A DNA stretch of 63,591 nt, filler included, from Octopus bimaculoides (lineage: Eukaryota): the NCBI RefSeq assembly GCF_001194135.2. It is 4 parts of 4 records of this genome, joined end to end, with 100 filler letters (N's around TTAATTAATTAA, not from the genome) between each part and the next. Parts side by side here need not be neighbours in the genome. Positions count along the whole stretch, not along the records: positions 38,644 to 61,256 come from NC_068986.1; 3 more parts are not named here. One strand, given 5' to 3'. Positions 38,693-50,445 of the stretch are shown piece by piece. The notes beneath the pieces were generated by a model, which was not told the DNA's origin, did no database searches, and saw only the letters and a program-made list of their open reading frames with translations. The stretch's first letter is position 1; each line of letters opens with the position of its first letter. The translations under genes and the position numbers were made by a program.

Positions 38693-40630
38693 ACCTACAA
38701 GACCATCTTGTTACATTTTGAACTTCCTCTTTCACTGACCATGATTCTTTCAAAGAGCATGTTGTTTGGTACTGTACTCTAGAAAGTTGTAGCAGCTCTA
38801 AGTAGTTCCTAAAGGATTGTAGGGGCGGGGTGTGTGTGTGTTCAACATCCTGTTATAGTATCTTGGCTACCAAGATTTTGGAGGTTCCCATAACAATGGA
38901 CATAGATAGGAAGCAGAGAAGACTCCTTTATTCTTGTTGCCAAATCACTATGAAGATTCCTCACATTTGCTGCTCCATCAAAGTATTCTCCATCAATTTT
39001 GTCAACCTTCATCTCCAACTTCCCAGGTACATTTTTGACCAGCTTATTGTGAGTACTTCATTCTGTAGAAGGTGTTGCATATCTTAAGACCAAAGATATA
39101 ATAGAAGTTCCAAAAAGTTGATAATGGAAGCTTTGTCTAAGTTACTGTATGACTTCATTGAAATATGAAGTCATAGGTGCATATGAGTATAGGTGCAGGC
39201 ATAGTTGTTTAGTTAAGAACCTTGCTTCCCAACCATATGGTCTTGCTGTTCAGTTTCACTGCACTGCATCTTGGGTAGCTTCTATAGCCTCAGGCTGATC
39301 AAAGCCTTGCAAGTGGATTTGATGAATGGAAACTGAAAGAAGCCCTGTATGTATGTTGTGTATCCTTGTCTTGTTGTTTGTTTCTGGTCTTCTGTGAAAG
39401 GCATGTCTGCTCATAGGGAGCTATTACTTTGCTTGCTAATAGGTAAAAGTTGGTGACATGAAGGCATCTAGCTGTAGAAAATCTGCCTTAACAAATTGTG
39501 TTGGACTCCTGCAAGCATGGAAAAGTGGATGTTAACATGATCAGTAGCACTTTGGTGATAATTTTCAAGTATTCCTTGTTCCACTCTACTTGTTGTTTTC
39601 ATACAGTAATCAGTTTTTCTAACATGGATTTTATCTTTTTTTTGTTCTCTGTATTTACTTAGTTTCATCACGGTCTACTAAAGATATTTTTCACTTTCTT
39701 TACAAACTGTTTTGTCTTGTTTTAATAATTAAGTATTTACAAAGTGTAAGTACTTTACAAAAACAGCATAAAGCTGGATATTTATTTAGGTAAGCCAAGC
39801 ATAATGTTTAAATCATTAACTTTTGAATTCTCTCAAACTAAACTCCTTATCAAATACCTTTGATGTATCCTGTATTAAGATCAGTTGATTTGGTCTGTTT
39901 CAGTGTTATTGTCTAGTGGAGTTTATGAAGCTAGGGGAGAAACTAAGATTGCATTCATTTCATTTCTCATTTTTGTTATTCAAAATATTTTCAGATTCAG
40001 AAGACCCAGGTTCTGTTGAGATATGAAGTTTTTATGTTACACTGATTGTCACTGGTAACAAAATTGTTCTCGGTGACAACTCAGGAAGTTGTGTGGGTTA
40101 CAGAGATATCACTTTTATCAGTATTTTCTTCAATTCCTTTGACTTCATATGGAGAATAGGGTGCCAACAAGAGTTCTCCATCTGTTGTAATCTTTGGGAA
40201 TGGATTGCAGTTGTCCCCAGGTGTAGCTGCCTGTCAGTACTTCCTTTCAGCTTCCACTATATTACTTCATATGCAGTTTCTGAGGACTCCTTCTCATTAC
40301 CAGAAACAGTTTATTACATTCTCTTGGTATATCAGTTATAACATAGAAAATTGCTAGTATAGAGCTGTTAACCCTACTCCTACCCACCTTCCTCCTTTCT
40401 TAATTGCATTTGGGACTGACTGTAGCAGAGTTTTTATCATTTTCAGTTCCTTCTTTATTTGAAAGGTTTGATAGTGTGTGTTTAAAAGCAAAAGGTACAC
40501 AGTCACTGTTAGGAAAGTCAGTCTGACTGGCAAGAGCAATCCTAGTGTATTCTTTTTTAATCTGAATTTGCTTGCTGCATTCTGCACGTACACTGTATTG
40601 ACAATAAAATCGTTTGTGTTATTTGCCATG
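38693..40630 (-). pseudogene. Decayed hAT transposase (TTF-type zinc finger + DUF4371 type), split by a SINE
   Basis: Ordered minus-strand motifs: RPNQ..REFKS**FKHYAWL (about 39900-39780), EWNKEYLKIITKVL (about 39590-39545), GEYFDGAANV..LATRIKE..IYVHCYGNLQNL (about 38990-38870), YNFLEYSTKQHAL and TRWSCR (38712-38693). The upstream part 39990-40630 is less certain. Confidence 0.8.
39185..39540 (+). mobile_element. Chimeric SINE: family-B head + RTE-type tail
   Basis: CTTCCCAACCATATGG...GGAAACTGAAAGAAGCCC head, then GGCATCTAGCTGTAGAAAA...GCATGGAAAAGTGGATGTTAACATGAT tail. Confidence 0.75.
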
Positions 40631-40786
40631 ATGAGACAAATTTAAGGTTATTTATTAAGAATTTTGATTATTAACTGGCAATTAATTTATCACTGATAAT
40701 TTGTTGGCCTTTTTTTGTTAAATTAAAACTTTTTTCTTACTTTGCCTAAATTTAGGAGGGCAGTTGTGTCTCTTACATGCCCAACT

Positions 40787-40836
<50 letters not shown>

Positions 40837-40854
40837 ATGCCAAAACTGAAACAT

Positions 40855-41850
40855 TGGAGCAAGACCTCAATCCTCTGACCTGTTGGATCCTGTCAAATCA
40901 TAAGTACCAGTCAAATACAGGGTTTGATATAATTGAATGTTCCCCCTACTTCAAATTTCTAACCTTGCCTATGTAAAATTTTGCTATTTGTGTGGTTGTT
41001 TGACAGAGTTGTTAGAACATTGGAAAAAGTGGTTTGTAGTTTTTGTTCTGTCTCTTTACATTCTGAGTTCAAATTTTGCATTCATTGTTTCAGGTTCAGT
41101 AAAATAAAGTATTGATTCAAGTAACCCCCTCCCCCAGATTCGAGGCCTTGTACCTTTGGCAGAAACTATTATTATTATTATTATGAAAGCAGTGACCTTA
41201 GAAAATCATAAGTGCATCTGACAGAATGCTAAGCAACATTTCATCTGTTCTGAGTTCAAATTCTACTGAGGTTGACTTTAACTTTCACCATTTTGGGTTC
41301 AATAAAATAAGTACCGATTGAGCACTGGGGTTGAAGTAATGGACTTACCCACTTTCCTGAAATTTCAGACCTTGTATCTATAGTAGAAAGAATTATTAGG
41401 GTGGCAAGTGAGCAGACTTTACTGTGCTGGACAAAATGCTTAGTAGCATTTCTTCTGACTTTTTATCCTGCATTCAATTGCTGCCAAAGTCAACTTAGCC
41501 TTTCATCCTTTTGGGTTGAGAAAATAAGTTCCAGTCAAATGCTGAGTTCAATGCAACCAATTTCCCCTCCCCACAAAAAATTCCAGGCTTTGTCCTTATA
41601 GATGGAAAGAGTATTATTATTCTTATTATTAAGGCAATGAATTGGCAGAATCATTAGCACATCAGATGAACTGTTTAGCAGCATTTCTTCTTGCTGTTTA
41701 TGTTCTGAGTTCAAATGCTGCAGAGGCTGACTTTGCTTTTCACCTTTTCAGGGTTGATAAAATAAGTACCTATTGAGCACTGGGGTTGATGATTACATCA
41801 AACTTACTCACTCCTCCTAAAAGTGTTGGCCTTGTGCCAAAATTAGCAAA
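40855..41850 (+). repeat. Head-to-tail cluster of about 5 SINE-A copies, CpG-decayed
   Basis: Units start near 40860 (partial), 40985, 41185, 41400 and 41630, separated by (ATT)n-type tails. Confidence 0.8.
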
Positions 41851-42354
41851 AAAAAAAAATATTGGTGAGTTGGCTGACTTGGGGAGTGAAAGGCGGGCAG
41901 AACTTTTATCCGTGATAAAATTTCTTTCAGAAGCCCTGCTCCTTTGTGTCCAGTTGATTGATTTTTGATCAAGTTCAAGGCTACAATAGAGTGGACTCTG
42001 CTAAAGACGGTTAAAGGCCAGGTGGTTGTCTTAAACCTGATGGTGGATTTACATCCATATATTCAAGTATCAATTTATGTATCTCTGTTTTAATTTTTTT
42101 TTGTTTGCTGTTACAGCTGAATGTTTAAATGGGCAGGACATTTTAGTTTTAACTATTGATTTCATTATCATATGACCCATCTACAGCTTAGCACTCTACA
42201 ATGAAATTAGAATGGAACCTGTTGTCAGCCAAGCAACTGAAATAAGAATTAGGTGCCTTGCACAAGTGTATATCAAAGGGGCTGTAGTAAAGTTAGAACT
42301 TTTGGAATTTATCAGTTGCATAGGTCCTTAATGTTCCAGCTACTGTGAGTCATG

Positions 42355-42575
42355 ATATCATTATCATTTAATGTCTATTTTCCATGCTGGCATGGGTTGG
42401 ACGGCGTGACAGGAGTTGATAAGGCCAGGGGCTACACTAGGTTTCATAGTTTGTTTTAGCTTGGTTTCTGCAGCTGAATGCCCTGTCTAACACCAACCAC
42501 TTTACAGAGTGTACTGGGTGCTTTTTTAAGTGTCACCATCACCAGTGCTTTTTGCATGATACTATCACCAGTGCT
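42355..42575 (-). mobile_element. RTE-type 3' end ((GAT)n tail)
   Basis: ATCATTTAATGTCTATTTTCCATGCTGGCATGGGTTGGACGG...CCAACCACTTTACAGAGTGTACTGGGTGC. Confidence 0.75.
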
Positions 42576-43269
42576 TTTTAGAGCAAGAATAAATGAAGTA
42601 AAATAGAGGAGAACATAGCAAGAAATAGGCCAAGATTTTCTCTATTAAATGAAAATAAGATTATCTCCAGTTGAATGCTTTATCAGATTTCTTCATATTA
42701 TAATTATATATTGTTTTGTAAATTACAAAGTACTCTATCTTTTAGTTTGTATAGTGTTGAGGAGAGGTGGAGGTTCCAGTAGGGAGTAGTTAATTGAATC
42801 AACACTTCTATATATTTTATCTATGTAGATGTTAAAATGTTGAGGAATGATATTGAAATATTTATTCTAACAGTTTCTGTCAATGCACAACATTATATAG
42901 TGTGTTTCTCTTTGTACTAGTTGTTTGTGAGTAAACGTTTAGTACAAGGGAGTGTGGTGTTATCTAGTCTAATGTTTTCAGTGGTGTTTTAACTTTTGCG
43001 TCATTTCTTAAAACCAATAATGAATAGCAGGAGAGCTATAAATACCCAATTGAATTTATCTTGCTTACAACAACCGTTTATGCAGCTTAAAATACTCTCA
43101 GAAGTTATTCATGTCTCTTAATTTTTCCAACAGTGTGGAATTTAGCAAAAGGCCTTCTCTAGATCAATGAATGTGAAGTTGTTTTATTTTCACATTCTAG
43201 TTTTACTAGAAATATGATATGTGTTTCTTTGCCCTAGTACAAACCACAAACTGAATTTTATCCTAGCTA

Positions 43270-43500
43270 ACACTATCCTATACTAACTTGAGCAAATGAA
43301 GGAGCTGTTTCATGGCTCTACAATCTATTAGAAATAACCAAATCTTCCTTGTATTGCACTTAGCCATCTTTAAAAGAGAATGGACACACTGGATTACGTA
43401 GTCCTAAATATATTGTTTGAGAAAGAGATGAAATTGTCACGGTTGGAATGTCTTTGATCATAGATTCACTCAGTCAGGGCTGGCCTGAAGCTCAACATCA
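43270..43500 (+). repeat. Unclassified dispersed repeat (family F)
   Basis: TAGAAATA..CCAAATCT and GGTTGGAATGTCTTTGATCATAG motifs recur near 8085, 11150, 25550, 37240, 37590 and 59445. Confidence 0.5.
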
Positions 43501-44675
43501 TCAGCAATTTTATACTAACTTTGATAAAAATCAACTATTTTTGAGACTTGACCCATAAATGCAAAACCCATATAATTACTCGTCTTCTGTTTTTGTATCA
43601 GTGGATAACAGCTTGCACGACTTAATTAACTATGTAAGTCAGTAATTGCTTGATATTTGGAGCTGTCAAAAACCTCTTTTTTTCATGTTCTTCATTGGTT
43701 AACTAACCTCTGATGATTGCACATGGAATAAGACTTCTTTTATTCTTCTCAGTCTTAATTTAACAACCTCTCATAGTTAGCATTTTATACTTCTTTTTTA
43801 ATGCTTCTCTATTATTGGTTTAAGCCTGAGAAAAAGGACTGACCATAGCCTTCACCGATTGACTGTTAATGTTACTGAGCATAAGTGCTCAAATGAGTTC
43901 AGACAAACCCCTGCCTTCCAATTCAGAATATTTTGGGTCTTATGACACAGAGCATTATCCTCGATAGTTAATTTTTAAGCTGTTCATGGTGAACTCCAAT
44001 GGACAGATTCTTGGTTTACTGGATTTCTGAGAGTGACAGGGGACTCTCTGTCAATGGATACAAAATGAATATCTCAAGTGTCTTGGCTCACAGACCATCA
44101 GTTTTCATGTTTCTCATCAAATTTTGTTTTCATCCTTCATGATATGCTTTGGTAAAAGATAGACATATATACATTCAGATGCATGTGTATACACACACAC
44201 TGGACTTCTGCAGTTCCAGTCTTCCAATTTCCATTTAGTGAAATCAAATCTAGGATCATATGGCTGCAAAGCTACTTCTTAATCACATAACAGTGACTGA
44301 TAGAATATTTATATTGAAGACAATACTTTTATTTAGCTAACAGCTCTTCATTAACAACAACTCATTTCCAAATTCCTTAGATTCTCTAAGAATATTAACA
44401 GCCATCATATGCATCTGTATTCTCAATGTTAGAACCTTCCTTTCACTTTATGTATCACCTTATGGTCAATTCTGAGTATTGCCTTAACATCTTGTAATAT
44501 GTTAGGTGCATTAGATGAAGTTTTCATGTCATTCACAGTTGTTTTGTACAAGATAACCAGCTATATGGAGATGCTATTATGGAGACTGATAAGTATTTAA
44601 GCATCATCTTCTTTCAGATTTTTTACTGAGGGGTGGGGGAGTCCTTTTGTCTTTGCAGTATTAGGTTGACAAACT

Positions 44676-44898
44676 AAGGTGGCGAGCTGGCAGAATCATT
44701 AGCATGCTGGGCGAAATATTTAGTGGCATTTTGCCTATCACTACGCTCTTAGTTCAAATTCTGCCGAGGTTGATTTTGTCTCTTGTCCTTTTGGGGTTGA
44801 TAAATTAAGTACCAGTGAAACACTGGGGTTGATGTAATTGACTAGTCTCTTCCTCCTCCCAAATTTCAGACCTTGTGCTTTTAGTAGAAAGGATTATT
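44676..44898 (+). mobile_element. SINE family A, CpG-decayed
   Basis: AAGGTGGCGAGCTGGCAGAATCATTAG...TTTTGGGGTTGATAAATTAAGTACCAG...GGGGTTGATGTAATTGAC. Confidence 0.88.
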
Positions 44899-44949
44899 AA
44901 GTTAACAAATGATCCCTGCTCCTATTACTTCCTTGACAAACTCTATGTA

Positions 44950-46200
44950 CTGTGTCATGGGATTTTTATATGAGATTACAAAAATGGTTGTTGTTTGCCT
45001 TCCTTGTGGCTTTGTTAAAAGACACTATCTTGTTGGTTGTAGTAAATTCCAAGGGAGAATTTTTGTCAGATCATAGAAAAGTTGAGATTCAAATTGCCGA
45101 CCTCTGTCTTGAGAAATCCAACCCGATAAGAGTGCCTGAGTCACAGTTGGTGATGACATATCTGTGATGAGCATGGCTTCCAGCCATCATGAGAAATGGT
45201 CTATGCATGTCAACAAGTACGTATATCCCTGACTCAAGGGCCAGTGTTTTTAAAGGTCTATATGGATATACTGGAAACGAGCGTCGGGATGGGTGAATGT
45301 TCCCAGCGATGCTTTGATATGCCTGTGAACCTTTGCTTTCTAGCAAGGCAGGCAGTTCCTGGTCCATTTGGTGATATCTCGCCTCATGTTGGGCCAGATG
45401 AAACGAGTTGAAATTAGCTTAAAAGTTGTAGTAATACCAGGTGGGGAGATGTTATGTAGCGCAGAAAACACTCAGCGTCTGTGGTTCTTGGGCACAAATG
45501 AACAAGGGCAATTGGTGGAGATATCACAAAGAATCTCAAAAGGTGTCACAGGTAGTTGTTGAATGTCAAAGGGAGAGAACTCTGGTTTGTTATCTGTGTC
45601 TTCTACTCATGGTTGATCTTTAGCCATGGTATCCAAATTGATCTCGGCAGATGAGAATATGGAGTCAATAAACGAGACAAGGCATTAGCAGCGATATTCT
45701 CTTTTCCAGGAACGTGCTGGATATCACTGGTGAATTGGGAAATGAAATCCAAGCAATATGTATCTCAGGGTGAGAATTTGTTGGGCTTGCAAAGCAAAGG
45801 ACAGCGGCTTGTGATTAGTGTAGATCGTGAAATTCCTGCCTTCCAGCATGTGCTGGAAATGTTTGACTGTGAGGAAGATGGCGATCAGTTCACAACTGAA
45901 AGTACTGTAACAGGTTTGGGCTAGTTTGAGCTGTTTTGAAAAGAACGCAAGAGGTTTCCATTTAGAACCACACTGTTGGTGTAACACAGAATCCACATCG
46001 AGGTCCAAAATGTCTATGGACAACAGCAGCAAATGGAAATGCCTTCGGTGAAAATAGGCACAGGTAGTTGAGAAACAGCAGCTATGGAAGGTGAAGCCAT
46101 TGTTACTTGCCGAGTGTGTGAGTCTGGTGAAAGAAATGTTATGATGCTCTGTATTGCCATGTGAGAAATGTCTTGCTTTTCTCCAATGTCGGGTTCACCA
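44950..46200 (-). mobile_element. Ty3/gypsy LTR retrotransposon remnant (PBS, RNase H, integrase)
   Basis: WKPLAFFSKQL...YSTFSCELIAIFLTVKHFQHMLEGRNFTIYTNHKPL (RNase H); ILCDIST..VFSALHNISPPG..RFIWPNMRRDITKWTRNCLPC*KAKVHRH and IHIDL (integrase); RNase H then integrase order. Confidence 0.9.
46188..46200 (-). promoter_or_regulatory. Putative primer-binding site, tRNA-Trp type
   Basis: TGGTGAACCCGAC versus the tRNA-Trp PBS TGGTGACCCCGAC (12/13), located upstream of the pol remnant. Confidence 0.6.
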
Positions 46201-46597
46201 CTTTAGTGAGTATATGAATGTTTTCATTGCTAGTTTGGCAATGTGCTGATTAGATGTGTGGGCTGCATGTAAATGAAGAATAAACACTCACTGAATATAA
46301 TAATTTTTATTTTTATTAGAGATCCATTGCATGATATTATGGCATTCTGGCTTGTACAGTTTAAACAAAAACAGAGTGAGTGAATATATTGTCAGATGAT
46401 ACCTATTGTGAGAGTGGCATCATGACACCATGTGTAGGGTGCTGAAACAAAGAAAGAGAGCTAGCAGTCCTAGCTGTGGGCAGTGAGTGCTCAAGGGAAA
46501 AGGGGAAGAGTCGGGTTGTGTTTCGTGCATGCATCGTGGCTGCCCGCTTTCTCCTTTCTGGGCCATTTATGTTTAGCCCTGATATAATCCAAGCAGG

Positions 46598-46978
46598 AGT
46601 GGAGGCGCAATGGCCCAGTGGTTAGGGCAGCGGACTCGCAGTTGTAGGATCGCGGTTTCAATTCCCAGACCGGACGTTGTGAGTGTCTATTGAGTGAAAA
46701 CACCTAAAGTTCCACAAGGCTCTGGCAGCGGATGGTGGCGAACCCTGCTGTACTCTTTCACCACAACTTTCTCTCACTCTTTCTTCCTGTTTCTGTTGTA
46801 CAAGTATTTCAAAGGGCCAGCCTTGTCACACTCTGTGTCGTGCTGAATCTCCCCGAGAACTACGTTAAGGGTACACGTGTCTGTGGAGTGCTCAGCCATT
46901 TGCACTTTAATTTCATGAGCAGGCTGTTCCGTTGATTGGATCAACTGGAACCCTCGTCGTCGTAACCAACGGAGTGCC
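46598..46978 (+). mobile_element. Intact tRNA-derived SINE, family D (381 bp) with 12-bp TSD
   Basis: A box TGGCCCAGTGGTTAGG, B box GGTTTCAATTCC; AATCCAAGCAGG at 46586-46597 and 46979-46990. Confidence 0.9.
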
Positions 46979-47704
46979 AATCCAAGCAGGTACGATGGGT
47001 AGACTACAATAGCATCACTCTTGTGTGTGTATGTATCCATGCATGAGATTTAGAGATATGAGAAATAGTGCCTGTCTAACATCAAAATACTAAGCATTTA
47101 TTGAATTAATTACATTGAATAACATGACAATATTTTAACGTTTTTATAATGAATTGGCATCATTTACTTTATATTTAATAATTAATCTTTATAATTTTAG
47201 TCTCAGTAAGTATTGCCTAACTTAATAGCATGTCCCTGATACATACATGGTACCAAACTAGATTTGAACTTTGATCCTTTATTTCTAAACTATACCACTA
47301 ACATATGAATCAGTAGCATAGTTGATAAAAATGTTATCTTTCATTTAGAAATAAAGGTTTCTAGTTTTATCTTTAATTTAGAAATAAAGGTTCCTAGTTC
47401 AAATTCAATTAATTAGTAACGATGATTGAAGACCAAACTGATTTAAACATAGTCATCATCTTCATTGTTCATTATCGTTTTACATCTGCTTTCCATGCTG
47501 GCTTGGGTTGGAAGGGTAATTTCTATCTCTTAGGTTGGAGGACAAAAGGTCACTTGTAAGGCTCAATTTTGGGTTGGTTTCATCCTTAAGAAAGTGAGAG
47601 AGTTGAGGTCATGAAGTTGAGAGGAAATAGGTGAAATGTTGGAGATAGGATATAAGATTCTGTGGCATTCCTAATTACACTGGAAGTAATGTATGGTCAA
47701 TCAA

Positions 47705-47930
47705 ATATTAGAAATATTGATTTCAAATTTTGGTACAAGACCAGCAATTTTGGAGGTGGAGATAAGTTGATTACATCGATCCCAGTGTTCAACTGGCACT
47801 TATTTTATTGACCCGCAAAAGGATGAAAGGAAAAGTTGACTTTGTCTGAATTTGAATTCAGAACGTAAAGCTAAATGAAATGCTGGTAAGCATTTTGCCT
47901 AGTGTGCTAACAATTCTGCCAGCTGTCTGT
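47705..47930 (-). mobile_element. SINE family A, CpG-decayed
   Basis: Reverse complement of the A body: GGATGAAAGGAAAAGTTGACTT...GAATTTGAATTCAGAACG...AATTCTGCCAGCT. Confidence 0.8.
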
Positions 47931-48355
47931 CTTCAAATGTTATAAATATTTTTTTTTTAAATAAAGACAAAAATGGTAAAAAAAATATGAGGAGGTGATG
48001 TGTGTACATCTTATCAAGTAGATGGTCTGGGTAGGTGTGTGTATGATGGTTGAACACTAATGTGTGATGTGTTTATGTTTTGTCTAGAGATAGTTGTTAA
48101 AAGTTGAAGTATCTTTTGCCTTTGAAAAGGAAACCCAGCCTTTGGAATGTAACTAGGAAGTATTATAAGTTTCCATGGCAGTGTATTAGAGGCCGAAAAC
48201 TGAAGAGTTTATAGGGAGTGGTTGTATATTCTCTATACATACAACCATTTGTAAGAGTACAATTTGAGCTCTCTTGAGAGGAGTTACGTCTGCATTTTAG
48301 TGTTAACTACATTTAGTTATTGAGTGCTGTTCTGGACCGTAGAATACGTTTATCC

Positions 48356-49434
48356 TTTATGTTTTACTTGTTTCAGTCATTAGACTGCTGCCTTGCTGGA
48401 GCATCACCTTGAAAGGTTCAGTCGAACATATTGACTGTAATATTTATTTTTTAAGTCTGGTGCTTATTCCATTGGTCTCTTTTGCTGGACTGATAATGTT
48501 GTGGGGACATAAACAAACCAACACCTGTTCTCAAGCAGTGGTGGGATGAATACAAATACACACACACAAACCTCCATTCTCAATCCCCACCTCGATTCTT
48601 ATTGCACCCACCCCACCGTAAAGTTTTTCATCCACATCTCATTCCCTAACATTCATCACTTCATCTGTGGTGGTATTATTTATCTACCATAATCACCTGA
48701 GAGTAGAATAGGCACATACTACATCACCCCTTTCATTACGGTCCTTTTTCTTCCCCCACCTCACCCCCCCAGAATCACTTTCATTCCAACTTGTCTTCTT
48801 CCAGTTGTACCCTCTCTTTCTTACTACACTCCAGCCCTATCACCCCTTTTATCTTCTATCACTCCCAATGCCTCTCCATATCTAAGATAAACTAACGCCA
48901 CACTGAGCCACTCCTAAATCTCTCACTGTCACTTACTATAGTCATCTCTGTCCCATCTCTAATCATCTCTCCTCATATTCTTATGAAAACTCCCCCCTGT
49001 CCTTCCCCTGCCCACTTACCCAGTCTAATCCTATCTTTCTCTCTCTAAGTCTCTCTTTCACTTTCTCCATCTCCAACTGGGGTATCCTTGTCTCTTTTAC
49101 TGCAAGACACCTATCTCTTTCCCTCTGTTATTCTTTTATCCTCTCAACAACTGGCACGAGGCTACCTCCCTCAATACTACTCCCCCTCACTTGAGTGGAC
49201 TTTGTTTTGCAAGTTGCTTAGTGACCCTGCTGGTACTTATACCATGAAAAGAAAAAACACTCACTATAAAAATGGTTGACACTATCAAGGGCGTTCAACT
49301 TGTCCAAATCATATCAAAAGAGACAATAAGAGCTTGGTGCAGTCCTCTGACTTGCCAGTTCTTGTCAAACCATTCAACCCATGCCAGCATGGAAAACAGA
49401 TGTTAAATGATGATGGTGATATGTGTATGTATGT

Positions 49435-49470
<36 letters not shown>

Positions 49471-49630
49471 TGTGCTTCTACACAATTTTGATCTACAAAT
49501 TCACTCGCAAGGCAAGCGTTGGTTGGCTTGGGGCTTTTGTAGAAGACATTTGTCTAAGCTACCATACAGTAGAACTGGACCTGAAATCATGTGGTTGCAA
49601 GGTGAGCTTCTTGACCACTTAGACATACCT
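48356..49630. mobile_element. Nested insertion: SINE-B (minus; tail 48356-48575, head about 49440-49630) interrupted by an RTE 3' UTR (plus, about 48580-49420)
   Basis: The two B halves flank a C-rich segment ending CAACCCATGCCAGCATGGAAAACAGATGTTAAATGATGATG. Confidence 0.72.
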
Positions 49631-49659
49631 AACACATGTGGATAGCTTTATAATATATC

Positions 49660-50060
49660 ACCATCAGCATTTAATGTCTATCTTCCATGCTTGTATGGGT
49701 TAGATGGTTAAACGGGAATTGGTAAGCTGGAGAGCTGCACCAGGCTCTAGTCGTCTGTTTTGGCTTGGTTTCTATGGCTGGAAGCCCTTCCTAATGCCAA
49801 CCACTTTATAGAGTGTACTGGGTGTCATTGGTATGGGTGCTTTACATGTGCCATTTGCATAGGAGCTCCTTATGCTCCACTGGCATGGGAGTCCTTTACA
49901 CACCACTGGCTTGGGAGCCCATTGTGTGTTGTTGGTATGTTGGTACAATTGCTCACTATGTGCCACCTGCATGGGTACCCTCTTTGCACAGCCGGCATGG
50001 GTGCCTTTTATGTGGGCTGGCTATGCAATAGGATGGTGGCACAGAAAGGTGTCACTGTGC
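49660..50060 (-). mobile_element. RTE-type 3' end with degenerate internal tandem units
   Basis: CATTTAATGTCTATCTTCCATGCTTGTATGGGTTAGA...CCCTTCCTAATGCCAACCACTTTATAGAGTGTACTGGGTG. Confidence 0.65.
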
Positions 50061-50445
50061 AACGTGCATAGCTGCATGATGAAATGGCTATGTGTCATAG
50101 TATTAACTGTGCACTGACTGTGCACTAAAGAAAATTGTCGCTTTATCTGGTTTTTTTTTTTATCAGTAGTAAATTCTTAGCCACAAAGTTCACAAACATT
50201 TAGATAAATGTGATAAATGTTATCTATGGATTGTTGGTAAAACTGGGGCACAACTATTTTATTTTGCTTTTTTCTTAAAGTAATTTCATATGTGTTTCTG
50301 GTTATAAAAATTGTGATTCTAACTTGGATCAGTATTGTATAAAGTAATCAGGTGAAGAATGTTTGGTGAATAGGAGTAGACAAAGCTGGATGCTTTTTGC
50401 ACTTGTAAAGGCAGAAAACAATGACGAAGTAGAAAATTGTTATTA

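Noticed and set aside
40855-41850. CRISPR-like repeat-spacer array
   Set aside because: Units are ~200-bp diverged SINE copies without constant short repeats or unique spacers; eukaryotic context.
46598-46680. tRNA gene
   Set aside because: The A/B boxes are the head of a 381-bp SINE bounded by a TSD; no complete cloverleaf or T-run terminator.
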